The notes under the pieces are model-generated. The model was not told where the DNA came from. It was given only the letters and a program-made list of their open reading frames with translations, and searched no databases. Below are positions 25,350 through 43,548 of a stretch of DNA of 64,000 nucleotides, piece by piece. Both the position numbers and the translations under genes were made by a program. The stretch comes from Batkoa obscura. Taxonomy: Eukaryota. The stretch spans positions 1,054,001 to 1,118,000 of the forward strand of contig JASVEC010000011.1 in the NCBI GenBank assembly GCA_030770535.1, read 5' to 3'. The first letter of the stretch is position 1, and each line of letters starts with the position of its first letter.

Positions 25350-26760
25350 TTATATAGGTGAAGGATAAGAAAGGAATGAAGGATGTAAATTTGGCATTTC
25401 AATTTTTTAGTCCTCTTGGTACTCTTGCTTTTCATGCTCTTGATAACCATATACTTTTATCTAGTTTATCACTGGAAATTTTTTTGAAATTATTTTCAGA
25501 TTACTAAAGGACTCCCAGCTTAAATACTTACTAGATGTTTTGAGTAATAAAGGAGCAGTAGGCTTATAGTCAAAGTTTGTATCTATGCTTGTCAAATCAA
25601 AATTTCGAAGTTTAATTACTTCAAGGTTTGGGAATAAAGATATAAAAAAAAGAGTGTTCAGTCAGCACATGAATTTCATCAATTTCAATTTGTTTTATAA
25701 AGCCATATTTAAGCGAATCATGTTTCTTGTCATGAAAACCATTTGTATTTATATTAAACCCTTTCCATATACCACTATCACTGAGATCTAAGTACTTAAA
25801 ACAAAGGATTTGGATATTTGGTAGTAAAGAGATTGAGTTTAAAAATTCTTTCAATAAACATTCATCAAGTGTTTTTTCAATAGATAATAAACCAGAAAAA
25901 TAACATTTTAACCTACGTGAATCAAAATAGCCTAAAGCTATAATATTACTATCTTTGATTAATTTCATATTCTTACTTCCATTAACAAAATATACAATAT
26001 CATAAAAGCTGTTTGATAATTTTACACTATTAATTGTTTCAACTCTCCAAGATACTCAAAAATAGACAGATTAAAGCTTCCTTTGATTACTAATTCTAAA
26101 TCGGAATTGAAATTAACATCCGGACTACTTTTAAAAAAACTACCAATATATTTCGGTACCCTCAAATCTAATTGCTTTAGTTTTTTAACTCTGTTTTAAT
26201 ACTTAATAACCCATTGAAATTTAAATAATCGCTGGAATGCAATTTCAATAACTTTATTTTATTTGGGCTTAAGTATTTAGTTAAAATTATAATATCTATG
26301 TCACTTCCATAGACTTCCAATACCTCAAGTTGATTCAAATATTTACCAACAAATCTCAGCTCTTCTTTATCATCACATATGGTCATTTTTTTATATTTGG
26401 TAAATTAATTGGTATAATGTTACCTTCATGAATATATAAATTAAAAGTTGCAAACATAATGTTTGGACAAAAATTTAAATACTCAATCTCGTTCTGATTC
26501 TTTATATTTATTTGTTTCATCAATAATCCATTTCCTTTTATAAACTTATTTCAATAATTTTTATTTGTGTCTGATTTATAAAATTCACTGTAAACTGAAT
26601 AAGTCAAATTGTGTCTAATGGCGTTGTTTGTGATATCGAATGAATATTTATTTAGTAAACGTAGTTCAAACAGCTCATATGGATCCAAAAATTTGAATAT
26701 CTTTTCCAACAAAATATCTGGTAAATAGTAGAATCGGATTGAGATCTTAGTATACTTGTA
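25350..26760 (-). pseudogene. Disrupted F-box/LRR-like gene, similar in architecture to 22546-23835
   Basis: F-box LPDILLEKIFKFLD..EL..LRLLNK, in-frame TGA at 26551, then further stops/frameshifts splitting it into three track ORFs. Ends are approximate. Confidence 0.72.
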
Positions 26761-27741
26761 GTAAACATAAAAAACTATTTTTATTATTATTTTAACATTT
26801 TTAAAAAGCAAAATATAGTATTGCACAGAAATCAAGTTCTGATTGGCTGCTGGTAAGAAACAAAATTGTCAAAATTTACTTTGATAACGTCATAAAATAT
26901 AATCAATATTTGAACAAAAGTCACTAGCGCTACCATCTATGTCCGTAATGTGATAGATATTCATAGCAAATAGTTTATTGTTATTAGGAATATAAATAAA
27001 TTAAATTTGAAAGAAATCAAAAATTTTAATATACACTTGAATAGCTTACTAATACATAATAATATAACACAATAGATTTCTAAGTGGATTTTGCCATAAT
27101 CTTAAAATTTTTTTGAAAAATAGATATCTATTAACACTTATTAAAGTAAATTAGCTCTTTGCCTTTAAGTATATAAATGGTGATAATAGTAAGCTAGTAT
27201 TTCCTCTTTTGCTTTTCTAATCAACACAGTATTCTTATATTTGCTATTTGATATGGTATTGCTATAACTATTAAAAAAATCGGTTAAAATAATTTCCAAA
27301 ACAATTTAAATAAATAGAAATAAAGTATAATAAAGTAGAGATGAATGATAAAAGCTATTGTAACCATAAACAATATGGTAAAAAAATGCTGTTAATAGAA
27401 TAAAACATGTATCTTTAAGTTATATTTACACATAAGATTCCCTCTAATTAAAAATGCGTTTTATAAAAAACGTTGTTATAATTACTTTGAATGATATTTA
27501 AACACGAAGTTAAAAAGACTGTCACAGCTACTTTGCTTTTGTATACTTAAATGCAGGCTATCATTACTCATGTATCTAATTTCATTATATAAACTTTAAC
27601 TTTATTATAACCTTAAGCATCAGTCCAATTTATTTTATTTATCCTGAAGTATGTAAAAATATCAGATTTAAAGAAACTAACAAATATTAAATTAATATAG
27701 AAAACTCCACTAATATAAACCATATAACTCTAGCAATATAT

Positions 27742-27840
27742 GGGGATGTTTTTTTTGGTTTCATCACTTTTCCCATTTTTTAAGCGTTATTTGAGCGGAA
27801 AGATTGTTAGTAAAATTCCTAAACAAAAAAATACATCCCC
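27742..27840 (-). mobile_element. MITE copy 4 (close to consensus)
   Basis: GGGGATGT...ACATCCCC with ATAT/ATAT TSD. Confidence 0.92.
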
Positions 27841-29386
27841 ATATAGTATAATGAAAAACATTATAAGTACATGTCTTTACTCATAGTAAATCAAATGCTT
27901 AAAAACTATTTAAAGTACGGCTGACTTCTTTTGAAGTAAATCGTAACTTTATACGATTGATTCTGTGGTGACTAGATAATTACTTAAATTTATAGTGATT
28001 TTTATCATATGTATACTAATTGTAGATATCCGTTTACAACTGTTCTTTAATAACTTAAAATATTTACACTTAACGATAATTTGGCTTTTACTTTGACATT
28101 ATAAGTAGATCTGGATGCTTAATCAAACATCTTAAAATATGATATCCAATAATAATAGAAATTAAATAAGCTATTGCCCTTTCAATTCATTAAAATACTT
28201 ATTTTAATTACATAGAGAATACATTTTATAGAGTATTTTTACATCTCAAAACATTCTACATAAAGTGAAAGCTGACACTTCAAATATTTATTTACTATAC
28301 CTTTATAAGGGACTTTTAAGCTTAATTAAAACACCGAATGTTTTAAAATAAGCTTGCTAATGTCTGAGTTCAAATGATCTGACTTTAAAATATCAGCCTA
28401 ATATGCTATATTATTTCAACACTGTATATCTTTAATTAAGCTTTTAAGCGACACGAAAGCAAGCTCGATTATAAAAATATTTATTTATTAAAACAATCTT
28501 ATTATCCGTAACACATCTTCTAATATTAAATGTCCTTTGTAAAAAAATATAATGATTTTTACATTTTCATTAAAGTTTGAATGTGTTCTGATTTCAACAA
28601 TTTTATTAGACAGATAATTATGTAAAAACACTGAAAAGAAACACTGAGTTTATAAGCAATAGCTTAATTTTGTTACTTCACAACTATTTTTTCCCACTAA
28701 AAAAACTAGATTTTATCAATAATGGTGTTAAATGGCATGATTTTAGGTGTGTAAAAGTTGTAGTTGATTAAAAAAATTAAAACAGATTAAAAACATTTTC
28801 CAATTCCTTGAATTGGTATTAAATAATGTGGCTGTTTAATTACTTTTAAAATTAACACAAATCTTTCATTTAATAATGAATCTTTGTTTTAGTGGACTTT
28901 TAAAATTAATATTTACTTCGCCATACCTTCTTTTAGTTATATTTAATTATATAGTTTATGTTGAAACAAGGCTTTATCATCAATTTTAAAATATGGAATA
29001 AATAAATAAATTTAACATTAATTTTCAATTATAATTAAAGTTAATCTAAAATAGTGTACTCCTTAAATATATTAGACACTCCTAAATTACAACTTATTGT
29101 GTATAAAAAAGTTAAATAAATATTACTCACAACTAAATAATATAAAAAGTCAAACTTTACTTCAATTCTTTATAAATTTAATTTACCACATCTAAATCTT
29201 TTTCATCTAACTTTATGATTTTCAAACTTTGGGTGTTTATTTTTCAATTACTTTATATTTTGTTCAATCAATCTTTAAACATCAAATTAATCGTACCTCC
29301 TATATTCATTTACAAATTAGATAATACTTATATAAATACCCAAAATACTCAATACTCTCAATTAGACAATTCTTTCTTACTTTAAA

Positions 29387-30727
29387 ATGGTGCAAAGTAT
29401 TTTAATTCAAGATCAAGAGCCACCTCCATTAGTTGTAGTAGAAGGCTTTTTAGGCTCTAAAGACCGACGTTATTGGAACAACTTTCTAAAATGTCAATAT
29501 AAAATAAAAGATAATCTTGTGAGAAGGGTTCTGTTCGTAAGATTAGGCTCCTTATCTTCGGTACATGATAGATGCTGTGAATTATATTATCAACTTAAAG
29601 GCGGTACCGTTGATTTTGGTGAGGAGCATAGCTTACAAATGGGCCATAAAAGATATGGAAGAACTTATCCAGGTCTTTATCCAAAATGGTCTGAGAAATA
29701 TCCTTTACATATACTCGGTCATTCTTTAGGTGGTTTAACATGTGTTCGCTTTCAACATATGTTGGCTGACTGCTATTTTGATACAACCACAAATGAAAAT
29801 TGGATCAAATCCGTTACTACTTTTTCTACTCCACATAGGGGCTCTACTTTACCATATACAATTGGTGCTAATGAAATAAACCCTATTGATGTCAATCCAT
29901 TCTCAATTGGAGCTTTTCTTTATAGATTTGCATACATAATATCTTGGTTTGGGTTCCAAAACATTGACTTACAGCTAGACCATTGGGAATTATATAAATA
30001 TTCATTTTGGCAATTTTTGTATAATCTTATATTTAAATTTCAATTTGATAAAGGATTCGATAATGCCGCTTCCGATCTCACTTTAAGTTTTTGTGAAGAT
30101 TATAATCAAAAACATTCTAAAGAGTTTAAAAGTACTTATTATCGCTCATATTCCGCTTCCATGTCTTATAAAGTCAACCAATATTACTATCCCATTTTAA
30201 ACTGGAGTAGGCCATTTAGAACCATTTTATTTTCAATGATATTGGGTACTTATTCCTTCAAAGTAAAAGATAAAGTAGATGAAGAGTGGAGAGATAATGA
30301 TGGGGTTATACCTGTGATATCTCAATATCATCCAAAATCATGTAAAGATCAAAACTGTATCCACTTAAGGTATAAAAAAGCCGAAAAAATCTTATACCAA
30401 CCTTTATTTAACCAAATTCAACCTGGTATTTGGCATACAATTGAAATTGAAGATGCTTGTCATTTCAATGTTATTCGTTCTAAAAATAAAATATCCAAAG
30501 GACATCAAGTGTTATTGATGGATATTTGGGTGTATTTAAATCAAATTGATACAAATACTAAGATACAAAAGGTTAAAAAGATACCAAAAGAGCTTAAGGT
30601 ATCGTTTAGCACTTTTAATAACATTCATTTATTATCCCCTTTAAATTCTGGATTAAGTCCTGCTTTCTACTCTCCTTTACTTTCACCACTTGTTAATCCT
30701 ATTGTTTCGCCTATTTCTACATGTTAG
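29387..30727 (+). CDS. Alpha/beta-hydrolase lipase, intronless
   Basis: GHSLGG nucleophile elbow, TPHRGS, WRDNDGVIP, and SSVHDR..ELYYQLKGGTVDFGEEHS...GH.RYGRTYPG segment. Confidence 0.88.
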   Translation: MVQSILIQDQEPPPLVVVEGFLGSKDRRYWNNFLKCQYKIKDNLVRRVLFVRLGSLSSVHDRCCELYYQLKGGTVDFGEEHSLQMGHKRYGRTYPGLYPKWSEKYPLHILGHSLGGLTCVRFQHMLADCYFDTTTNENWIKSVTTFSTPHRGSTLPYTIGANEINPIDVNPFSIGAFLYRFAYIISWFGFQNIDLQLDHWELYKYSFWQFLYNLIFKFQFDKGFDNAASDLTLSFCEDYNQKHSKEFKSTYYRSYSASMSYKVNQYYYPILNWSRPFRTILFSMILGTYSFKVKDKVDEEWRDNDGVIPVISQYHPKSCKDQNCIHLRYKKAEKILYQPLFNQIQPGIWHTIEIEDACHFNVIRSKNKISKGHQVLLMDIWVYLNQIDTNTKIQKVKKIPKELKVSFSTFNNIHLLSPLNSGLSPAFYSPLLSPLVNPIVSPISTC

Positions 30728-31502
30728 CTTCATTTTTAGTTTTAGTTTTAGTTTTTTAAATAAATTGTACATTTTTGAATTTTATTGAATTTCAAATAAG
30801 TTGTCATGCTAGTAACGATATATGTTAGATATTCTTTATAAGTGTCTTAAAAATTTAATGTTAAGCTACAACTTAAAGAATATACTACTATTAAAAGTAA
30901 ATTTTGATATTTTAAAAGCTCAGTATAAATAAAGTTTAAAACAGTCGTCATTGCTAACGCTTTAATTATGATATTCAATTTAGACTATTTTTAGTTTAAC
31001 ACAAGGATCCAGAGCCTATAATTAAGTATTATTGCCCATATTTAAAATTTCAACTAAGAATTCTATTAACCCAAGTCCCTAATGCTGGTATTATCAATTT
31101 AACGTTGAGTTCTGCTTAATTATATTACATTATATTTGGCCTGATATTTTATTTACTATTAAAAGAGCTTGAGATTGAAAATATCAAACCATTTTTATAA
31201 TTGAATTGGAATATTGGAATATTTTTATTTTCTACTACTTATAAACGCCTATAGGCTTATATAATAATTTTATACATTGAATCTTAAGTATAGTACTTTC
31301 ATAAATGCATTAGTACTTTGAAAAGCTTTAACTTCATTATAAATCCCATTGTCTACAAAAGTTGATATTAATTCAATACTTAAATTATACTCCAAAAGCA
31401 ATATTATACAATATTAATCAATTTAAAATGCTACTTTCTATTAACATGAGTTATATTTATTTAACAAGAAACATATTTTAAACCTTGTCGAAACAAATGC
31501 TA

Positions 31503-32250
31503 TTAGTTTTTACTTTCGTTAGTATGATTATCCCCTTCACTTTCTTGAGATGTAGATTCTTCCATGACAAAATCTTCATACTGTGTCTTCTCCTTAAATG
31601 GCCTTTTGCCTAATAATTGTACCATATCTGAGCGATTCAATACTTCTTTTTCTAATAAAAGTTTTGCCACTTTTTCAATATCTGCCTTTTTATCTGTCAA
31701 CAATTTAGTAGTACGATCATAAGCTTCTTGGATCAAGTTACGAGCTTCAATGTCCATAAGTCTAGCAGTATCCTCTGAGTAAGGTTTTTGGAATTGTTGC
31801 CCATCATCTCCAGAGAAAGAAATTTGACCAACTCGAGGATTCATACCAAAGGAGCTTATTTGAGAATATGCAAGCTTAGTGACTTTTTGTAAATCATCTT
31901 GAGCTCCAGTAGTGATAGTGTTAAAGAAAATTTGTTCGGAAACTCTTCCACCTAAAGTCATACACATCCTGTCGAAAAGTTGCTCTCTTGTAAAGAGATA
32001 TTGATCTTTAGGTAAATATTGAGCATAGCCTAAGGCTCCAGCTCCACGTGGAATAATAGAAACTTTAAGTAATGGATCAGCATGTTGCAAATACCATCCA
32101 GAAACAGCATGGCCTGCTTCGTGATAAGCAACAGTTTTCTTCTCTTCTGGTGATAAAACTTTAGTCTTCTTTTCTAAACCAGCTATAACACGCTCAATAG
32201 CTTGCTCAAAGTGAGTTTCTTCTACTTCATCTTTCATATGTCTAGCGGCG

Positions 32251-32285
<35 letters not shown>

Positions 32286-33800
32286 AGCACCGGCGAAACC
32301 TGGGGTCAAGGCAGCCATCTTTTTAGCTACCGTTTCTTTGTTAAGACTAGTAACAATAGGACGAAGATGCACTTTGAAAATGGCGCTTCTTCCAATAATA
32401 TCTGGTCTATCAATTGAAATATGACGATCAAAACGACCTGGACGCATAAGAGCTGAATCTAATACATCAGGTCTATTTGTACCTGCTAAAACTACAACGT
32501 GAGAATCAGTACCAAAACCATCCATTTCAACTAATAATTGATTAAGTGTAGTTTCTCTTTCGTCATTACCGCCAAAACCGCTATTTTTACCAGCACGAGA
32601 TTTACCAATGGCATCAATTTCATCAACGAAAATAATACATGGTGCATTTTTTTTAGCTGTAGCAAATAAATCACGAACTCTTGAAGCACCAACACCGACG
32701 AACATTTCAACGAATTCAGATCCAGAAACACTGAGGAAGGGTACTCCGGCTTCACCAGCAGTAGCTTTAGCAAGTAAAGTTTTACCAGTTCCTGGAGGAC
32801 CAGATAAAATAGCGCCTCTTGGGATTTTAGCGCCTAATCTTTCATATGAACGCGGATCCTTTAAAAATTTAACAAATTCCATGATTTCTTCCTTAGCTTC
32901 ATCCATACCAGCAACATCCTTAAATTTCATTTTAATATCTGTTTCCTGGTTAAAAAGCTTAGCTTTGGACTTTCCGATTCCAAAGATACCTCCCTTGGAG
33001 CCTGTCCCTGCACGACGAGTCATCCATACAAGTAACCCTGCAATAAGTAAAGTTGGTGCAAGGTTCATAAATAATCCAAACATATTGACTTGGTCTTTAT
33101 AAACAACTGGGATGAATTGTTGTGGAGGTATCTCTAACTCTCTTTGAGCTTGCTCTAATTGACGTTCAAAGGCATCGATACTTCCGATATTAAACACAAT
33201 TTGTTGTGAGTTACCATTTGGATCAGAGTGAAGCTTAACTTTGACCATTTTTTTATTAATTACTTGAAGGCTATGAACAAGACCTTTTTCTAAGTAACTT
33301 GTGCGGAACTCTTGCCAACTAACTTCATGAACATTTGAACCAGATTTCAAATATTCGTAAGCAATCAATGAAGCAATTACCATTAAATAGGTACCTTGGG
33401 AGCTACCAAATTGGTTATTGTTGTTTTCGTTTGGAGATCCTTTATTGTCCTTTTGATTGCTATTTTCATTTTCTGATTTCTTGGTTTGTTTAGAACCAAA
33501 AAATTGCTCAAATCCTCTTGGAAATTGTTTAAAAATTTCGTCTTCCTCTAACTTATTTTCGTCCTTTTTATCTTCTTTTTTAACTTTTTCTTTTTCTTTT
33601 TCTTTTTCTTTTTCTTTCTCTTTTTCTTTGTCTTTTGAATCAGAGTATTGTCTTATCATGTGTTTATTCAATGGCTTGTACTTCATCATCTGGAGATTAG
33701 CCTTTGAATTCAAGTTGATTGAGTTTTTGGATGCTCTCAATATAGAGCTTGAGTTTAATATAGGCCCAGCCTTGGTTCTTAAAAGTGAAGCCAAAACCAT
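31503..33800 (-). CDS. Mitochondrial m-AAA protease subunit (Afg3/Yta12/AFG3L2 family), intronless
   Basis: Presequence-like N-terminus, two TM segments, Walker A GPPGTGKT, Walker B FVDEID, HEAGH M41 peptidase motif. Confidence 0.96.
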
Positions 33801-34308
33801 ATTAAAATACCTACTTATTTAAAATCAATAAAAGTTGTCAATAAGCTAAAGATATCATTTTATATTAATTGTAAAAATTCTTACTTAGTCTAAAATTTAA
33901 TATAATAAAAAATTTAATTCGTAATTTGATTCAAGCTTTATCTCATTTTTTACAATAATTTTGAACAGAATCGAATAAAAATTATGGTTTTAGAAGATTT
34001 TTACAGAACTTACTAGACAATTACGTAGTAGCTGGTGCAAATTTAAGCTTTAGGACTAAGTATTCACTAAAAATCAAAATTGAATTATTCCACGTAGAAA
34101 TAAAAATATCACTAATCGAACGTTGTCTATAAAATAATTAATATTCATTGTTATCTTTTTCATACATTTTTAAAGACTTGATAAAAGTATCAATCATATT
34201 ATATTAAATTTCTTCACTTTTAAAGCTTTGACTCTAATGGGTGATTTATCAGAAGGTATTCTAAAGTACAACTATGACCTAACAAACAATGAAATTACAA
34301 TTGCATAT

Positions 34309-34405
34309 GGGGGTATTTTTTTTGGTTTCATTATTTTTTCCATTTTTTAAGCGCTATTTGAGTGGAAAAATCGTTAGTAAAATTCTTACACAAAAATACA
34401 TCCCT
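34309..34405 (-). mobile_element. MITE copy 5
   Basis: GGGGGTAT...ACATCCCT with ATAT/ATAT TSD. Confidence 0.88.
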
Positions 34406-35912
34406 ATATTATCCTTGAAGATTTCTCAGCCTTCGATTATTTTTGGTAATAATTTATATCTGATTTTAAGATTACTTATACATATTGCTTAGTTAAAACT
34501 ACAAGCAATATACAATCATGTAAATTTCATAAATAAACTACTATAGCTCAATAGATATTTAAGTATAAACGGTACTTTATATCAATTTCTATAACATCAA
34601 ATCACTAGTGACTTCCCAATGGCAATTCATTTTGAATAATATAGCTTTACTCCATATTTATATCTTACTTAATTAAGTGTTGGCTTCTTTTAACTAAATA
34701 TGGGGTCTAGTTTATTTTTCTTAAATTGTTCCTTTAAATTCTCGAAAAAAAGTTGTAAGTTGTAAGTTTAAAAATAAACAGTAGATTTAATTAATCTAAA
34801 CATTAAGTCTTCTCAACATTGAATAAATCAACTTTATATTCATAAAACGAAATTTACTGTGTTCAGTAGACCATTGTGAGCTTTCTATAATCCTCAGGCT
34901 TAAAGGGAAAGGAAATGCAATCCCACAAAGGTCATAACGCTATAATAATTAAATCTATTTCTTTAGAATTAGCTTAGAGCTATCATCTTAAGGGTAGGAG
35001 CAGTGTTCAATACTGAAACATCTTCAACAGGTTAAAGGTGTTACCCAATTAATGAATTAAAGCAGATCTAAAACTATTTAAGGCAAATAAAAAACTCCTA
35101 GATACCTTTATTCCACTAGTGAAATATAATGAAACTTTAATAATAGTTAGTATTTGATATAGATAGTTAAAAACAAATTAAATGAAGTAATTTTACATAA
35201 ATAGATGAAAAATTTTAATATAAATCATCACCCTGATTTTCAAAGTTTTCTTATAAAAAATATAATGAAAATGTGCCCAATAAAATATAAAATAAATTAA
35301 TACAATACAATATTATAATATTTGTTGAAAAGATATTAAGTAACTTATCAATAAGATCATAAATACAAACCACATTTAAAGATTATTTTTATTTAATGAA
35401 GATATTGTCAATTCCTGTTCACTATTCAATTATTATAAAATTATAATAAAACTGACTGGCTACTGTTTGAAACCTTTGAGTATTATATTAAAAATAAAAC
35501 TAATAATAAACGATACACCTTATATCACGAAAAAATAAAGTAAAATACAAGATTACTAAACTAGGCATTATAAAGTATATTTAACTGCTTATAATCTTGA
35601 TATTTTATTGATTTACTAAAGTAACAAAAGAATGGGCGTAAATTTATAAAACTTTTTATTCCATATTTCATCCCTTATCCGTGATACATCAAGATTGGTG
35701 TACAAAAAAGTTGTAACTTATAAGCTTGATTGTATTAAAAGCTTTGTCTCATTAGCTTCATTTGAATGAGAGTACAAGAACTGATCCGATTCAACCAAAA
35801 GTGAGATAGGATATAATTAATAAAAGTGTGTGAAACAATACTTCAAATTGGAGATATAAAAAGATAATAGAAACTCCTTTAAGAAAATAAAAAAGCATTT
35901 TTGAAGAGAATC

Positions 35913-36404
35913 ATGAAATTCATTACTTTAGTCTCTGCATCTTTTCTCTCCGTTATTATCCAACAATGCTCTGGTGCTTACTATAACCAAGAGTTATCTA
36001 ACTACAAAGATTTTGTGGATTGGAAACTTAACAAAAACGAGTATAACAAGATTGTGAGTCCTAATGCTGTAGCAAGCGGGAAACACTCTCATCCAGAAGA
36101 AATCGGGAACCTCGATGAACAAAAAGGCATAGTAGATAATGATAAATTGATTCGTAGAGGTAGCGGAATTCCGTTCGGTGGTTATATTCCAGACGAGCTC
36201 CTTGAAACTTATCCTGAATTAATTGAGTATCTTAAAGAACAAGAGGGAGTGTCATACAATGATAAATTGGTTCGAAGAGGTAGTGGGATTCCGTATGGCG
36301 GTTATTTTTCGGATGAATATTTTGAAGCTCATCCAGAGGCATTAACAAAGGCTCGTTCTTGGATGATTTCTCCTGATTCGAAATTCACATATTTAAAAGA
36401 CTAA
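35913..36404 (+). CDS. Small secreted repeat protein with RR dibasic sites (Kex2-processed repeat protein-like)
   Basis: Signal peptide MKFITLVSASFLSVIIQQCSGA; two 40-aa repeats NDKL(I/V)RRGSGIP(F/Y)GGY..DE..E..PE. Confidence 0.8.
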   Translation: MKFITLVSASFLSVIIQQCSGAYYNQELSNYKDFVDWKLNKNEYNKIVSPNAVASGKHSHPEEIGNLDEQKGIVDNDKLIRRGSGIPFGGYIPDELLETYPELIEYLKEQEGVSYNDKLVRRGSGIPYGGYFSDEYFEAHPEALTKARSWMISPDSKFTYLKD

Positions 36405-36648
36405 TTTTTTAATAAAGTTATTGGCTTTTTTATTTAAATTAAGTCAGAAATTTAAAATTACATGATTGTATAACTATGGCGGCTTTTGTATTAGTAGTTC
36501 TATCATGTTTGATTATTCTTATATTATTTAAAATATTATTTAAAAAGGAATACATTATTTTTATGAATAATCTATGGAACTTAGATAACACTAACCTATG
36601 TTACTAAGCTTAATATATTAGACAAAATTACCAGATATTTTAACAGTT

Positions 36649-36745
36649 GGGAATGTTTTTTTTTATTTCATTACTTTTTCCATTTTTAGGCGTTGTTTGA
36701 GTGAAAAATTATTAGTAAAATTCTTAAACAAAAAAATACATCCCC
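36649..36745 (-). mobile_element. MITE copy 6
   Basis: GGGAATGT...ACATCCCC with AGTT/AGTT TSD. Confidence 0.9.
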
Positions 36746-37122
36746 AGTTATTAAAACTTGTTTATTTTTCAGTCTCGTAAAATAATAAAATGTGGTTTAA
36801 ACGTAGTAAATTTAATCCAAAGTTTTTATTTAGTGTATTAATATAAATTGTTATTTTATAGTTATTTAACGTGACTGTGTTTCATATAAATAAAAGTTTA
36901 ATGTTAACCACTTTGTGTCTACTAAACAATAATAAGCACAAATATACAATTTAAATATGTAGTATAGTTTAATTTTGAATTGTACAACTGGCTGATCCAA
37001 CTCCAAAAAGTGCACATTAAATAACAATTGCTTTAAAAAACTCTTACTAAATATATTAAAATAATTTTATTACTCTGAAAACAATTAAATTGAGCCCAAA
37101 ACCCCTTTGGGCCTTCTAGATA

Positions 37123-41947
<4,825 letters not shown>

Positions 41948-43242
41948 ATTATTCTTTTTATTCAAATATCAAGTGTATGATAAATAATTATCTATTCGAT
42001 TTTAACAAAACTGTTTCATTATTTGTTATCTTTTATAGCTTGTTCATTTAGTCTTGATGTGTAATCTAAGTTTAAAAACTATTGGCTATTTTCAAAATTG
42101 CGAAAACGATTAGTAATCGCTAATTGTAACTTAAGCATAGTTTACTAAATTTAGTAGCTATTACTCCTTATTTCTTAAAACTGACTTAATATCATTAATA
42201 TTTAATTCCGACTTCCTTACCACAGTTAATTGAATTATCAATTATTCAAGACTTCTCCACAAAGATTGCTATTCCATTTTTAACTCACATTAATCGATTC
42301 TAAAAGTATCAATAGAGCTTAAAACTCTGAACATTCAATATTATATGATAATAATTATTGCTAATTTTTATTAGCTTAAATAAATTCAACTTTTTAATAC
42401 CTGTTTAATTAGTTAGATTAAATAAATAATGTGTCAATTTATATAGATAAAAAAATTGTATTAATAAAACATGTAAGATAGTGGCAGACAATAGCTTATC
42501 TGGCATAAAAAACCTAATAAATTAATTTAAGCTTTATTAACTAATATTCCAAAATTTCATTATTCTCCATAAAAATTTAGTGTCCCGAGGATTATTTCGG
42601 GCCAACTTTTACAGATGAATTTACCAATAGATTTACTTTGGTACGTCTTATGTCGCAAATTTCTCACACCTACTGCACCATTTGCTCAACAAACTAACAA
42701 ATAAAATTCGCTAGTTTCTTTAATATAACAATTATTAACTGCTGTTATATAAAGCACTATTCCTTTTTATATTTAAATTTGCGATCGATTTATCTCATAA
42801 AACCATTATCACACAAAGTATGCTTCCCTTTTGTGAATAATATATTGCTCTTTTGCGCCTGAGTTTTTGCCTTAATTATCCCACAGTTTTTTATTGTTTC
42901 ATGTATAATCCATTACCTTTTATATGCAATATTATATATACTAGCTATATAGAACTTTTGCTATTTTAATTAAATGTTGAATAACACATAGGAATGTTTT
43001 CTATTAGATTTTCTGATCACTTGTCAAGCTTTAAATTTAAAAAAAAATTGAAGTCTTAAGCAAAGAAAGGTATGTATTTGTTCATTTATTATTTAAAAAT
43101 GTTTTTTTATTATACATTTACAAACGGATGGAGTGCAATATAAAATATTTCAATATATAATCTTTTATTTTGAAAGTTCATAAATTAATGTTTTTAATTT
43201 TTCATTTTTTTTCATTTTTTTTAACAAATGTAACAATAATAT

Positions 43243-43337
43243 AGGAGTGTTTTTCATGGCTTCATCGCTTTTTCCATGTTTTAAGCGTTATTTGAACGGA
43301 AAAATTGTAAAATTCTTAAACACAAAAATACATCCCC
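43243..43337 (-). mobile_element. MITE copy 7
   Basis: AGGAGTGT...ACATCCCC with ATAT/ATAT TSD. Confidence 0.87.
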
Positions 43338-43548
43338 ATATATAACTTTTAAATAGTAACAATAATACCAAGTAGAAAAAACTATTAGTTTAAATTTAAC
43401 TTATAGCATATTAAACCTTTTTTTATCCTTTTTTAAGTTTATTTATAATATTAAAAGCTAACTCTTATAAATTAAAATATACAAAAAGTTTTAAAAATAT
43501 AAATATTATTAATTATTGATTATAGCTATTAAAACAAAAAAAATAAAG

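Noticed and set aside
32608..33822. Plus-strand ORFs antisense to the m-AAA protease (also those antisense to the GMC, CNS1, SNARE and ABC genes)
   Set aside because: Shadow frames of real genes; the FSFSFS run is the reverse of the KEKEKE repeat.
34289..34492. Track ORFs 34289-34492 and 17146-17334 share FFPFFK.YLSGKIV.KIL.QK, resembling a small gene family
   Set aside because: The shared part is simply the MITE sequence; other copies have indels and no conserved start or stop.
36159..36173. GSGIP in the repeat peptide equals the CLC selectivity-filter motif GSGIP(E) at about 10270-10290
   Set aside because: A five-residue Gly-rich match with no flanking similarity; most likely coincidence.
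42583..42602. Short GC-rich hairpin CCCGAG..TCGGG upstream of the ABC gene as an ncRNA
   Set aside because: Only a 5-6 bp stem and no match to snRNA or tRNA motifs I can recognise.
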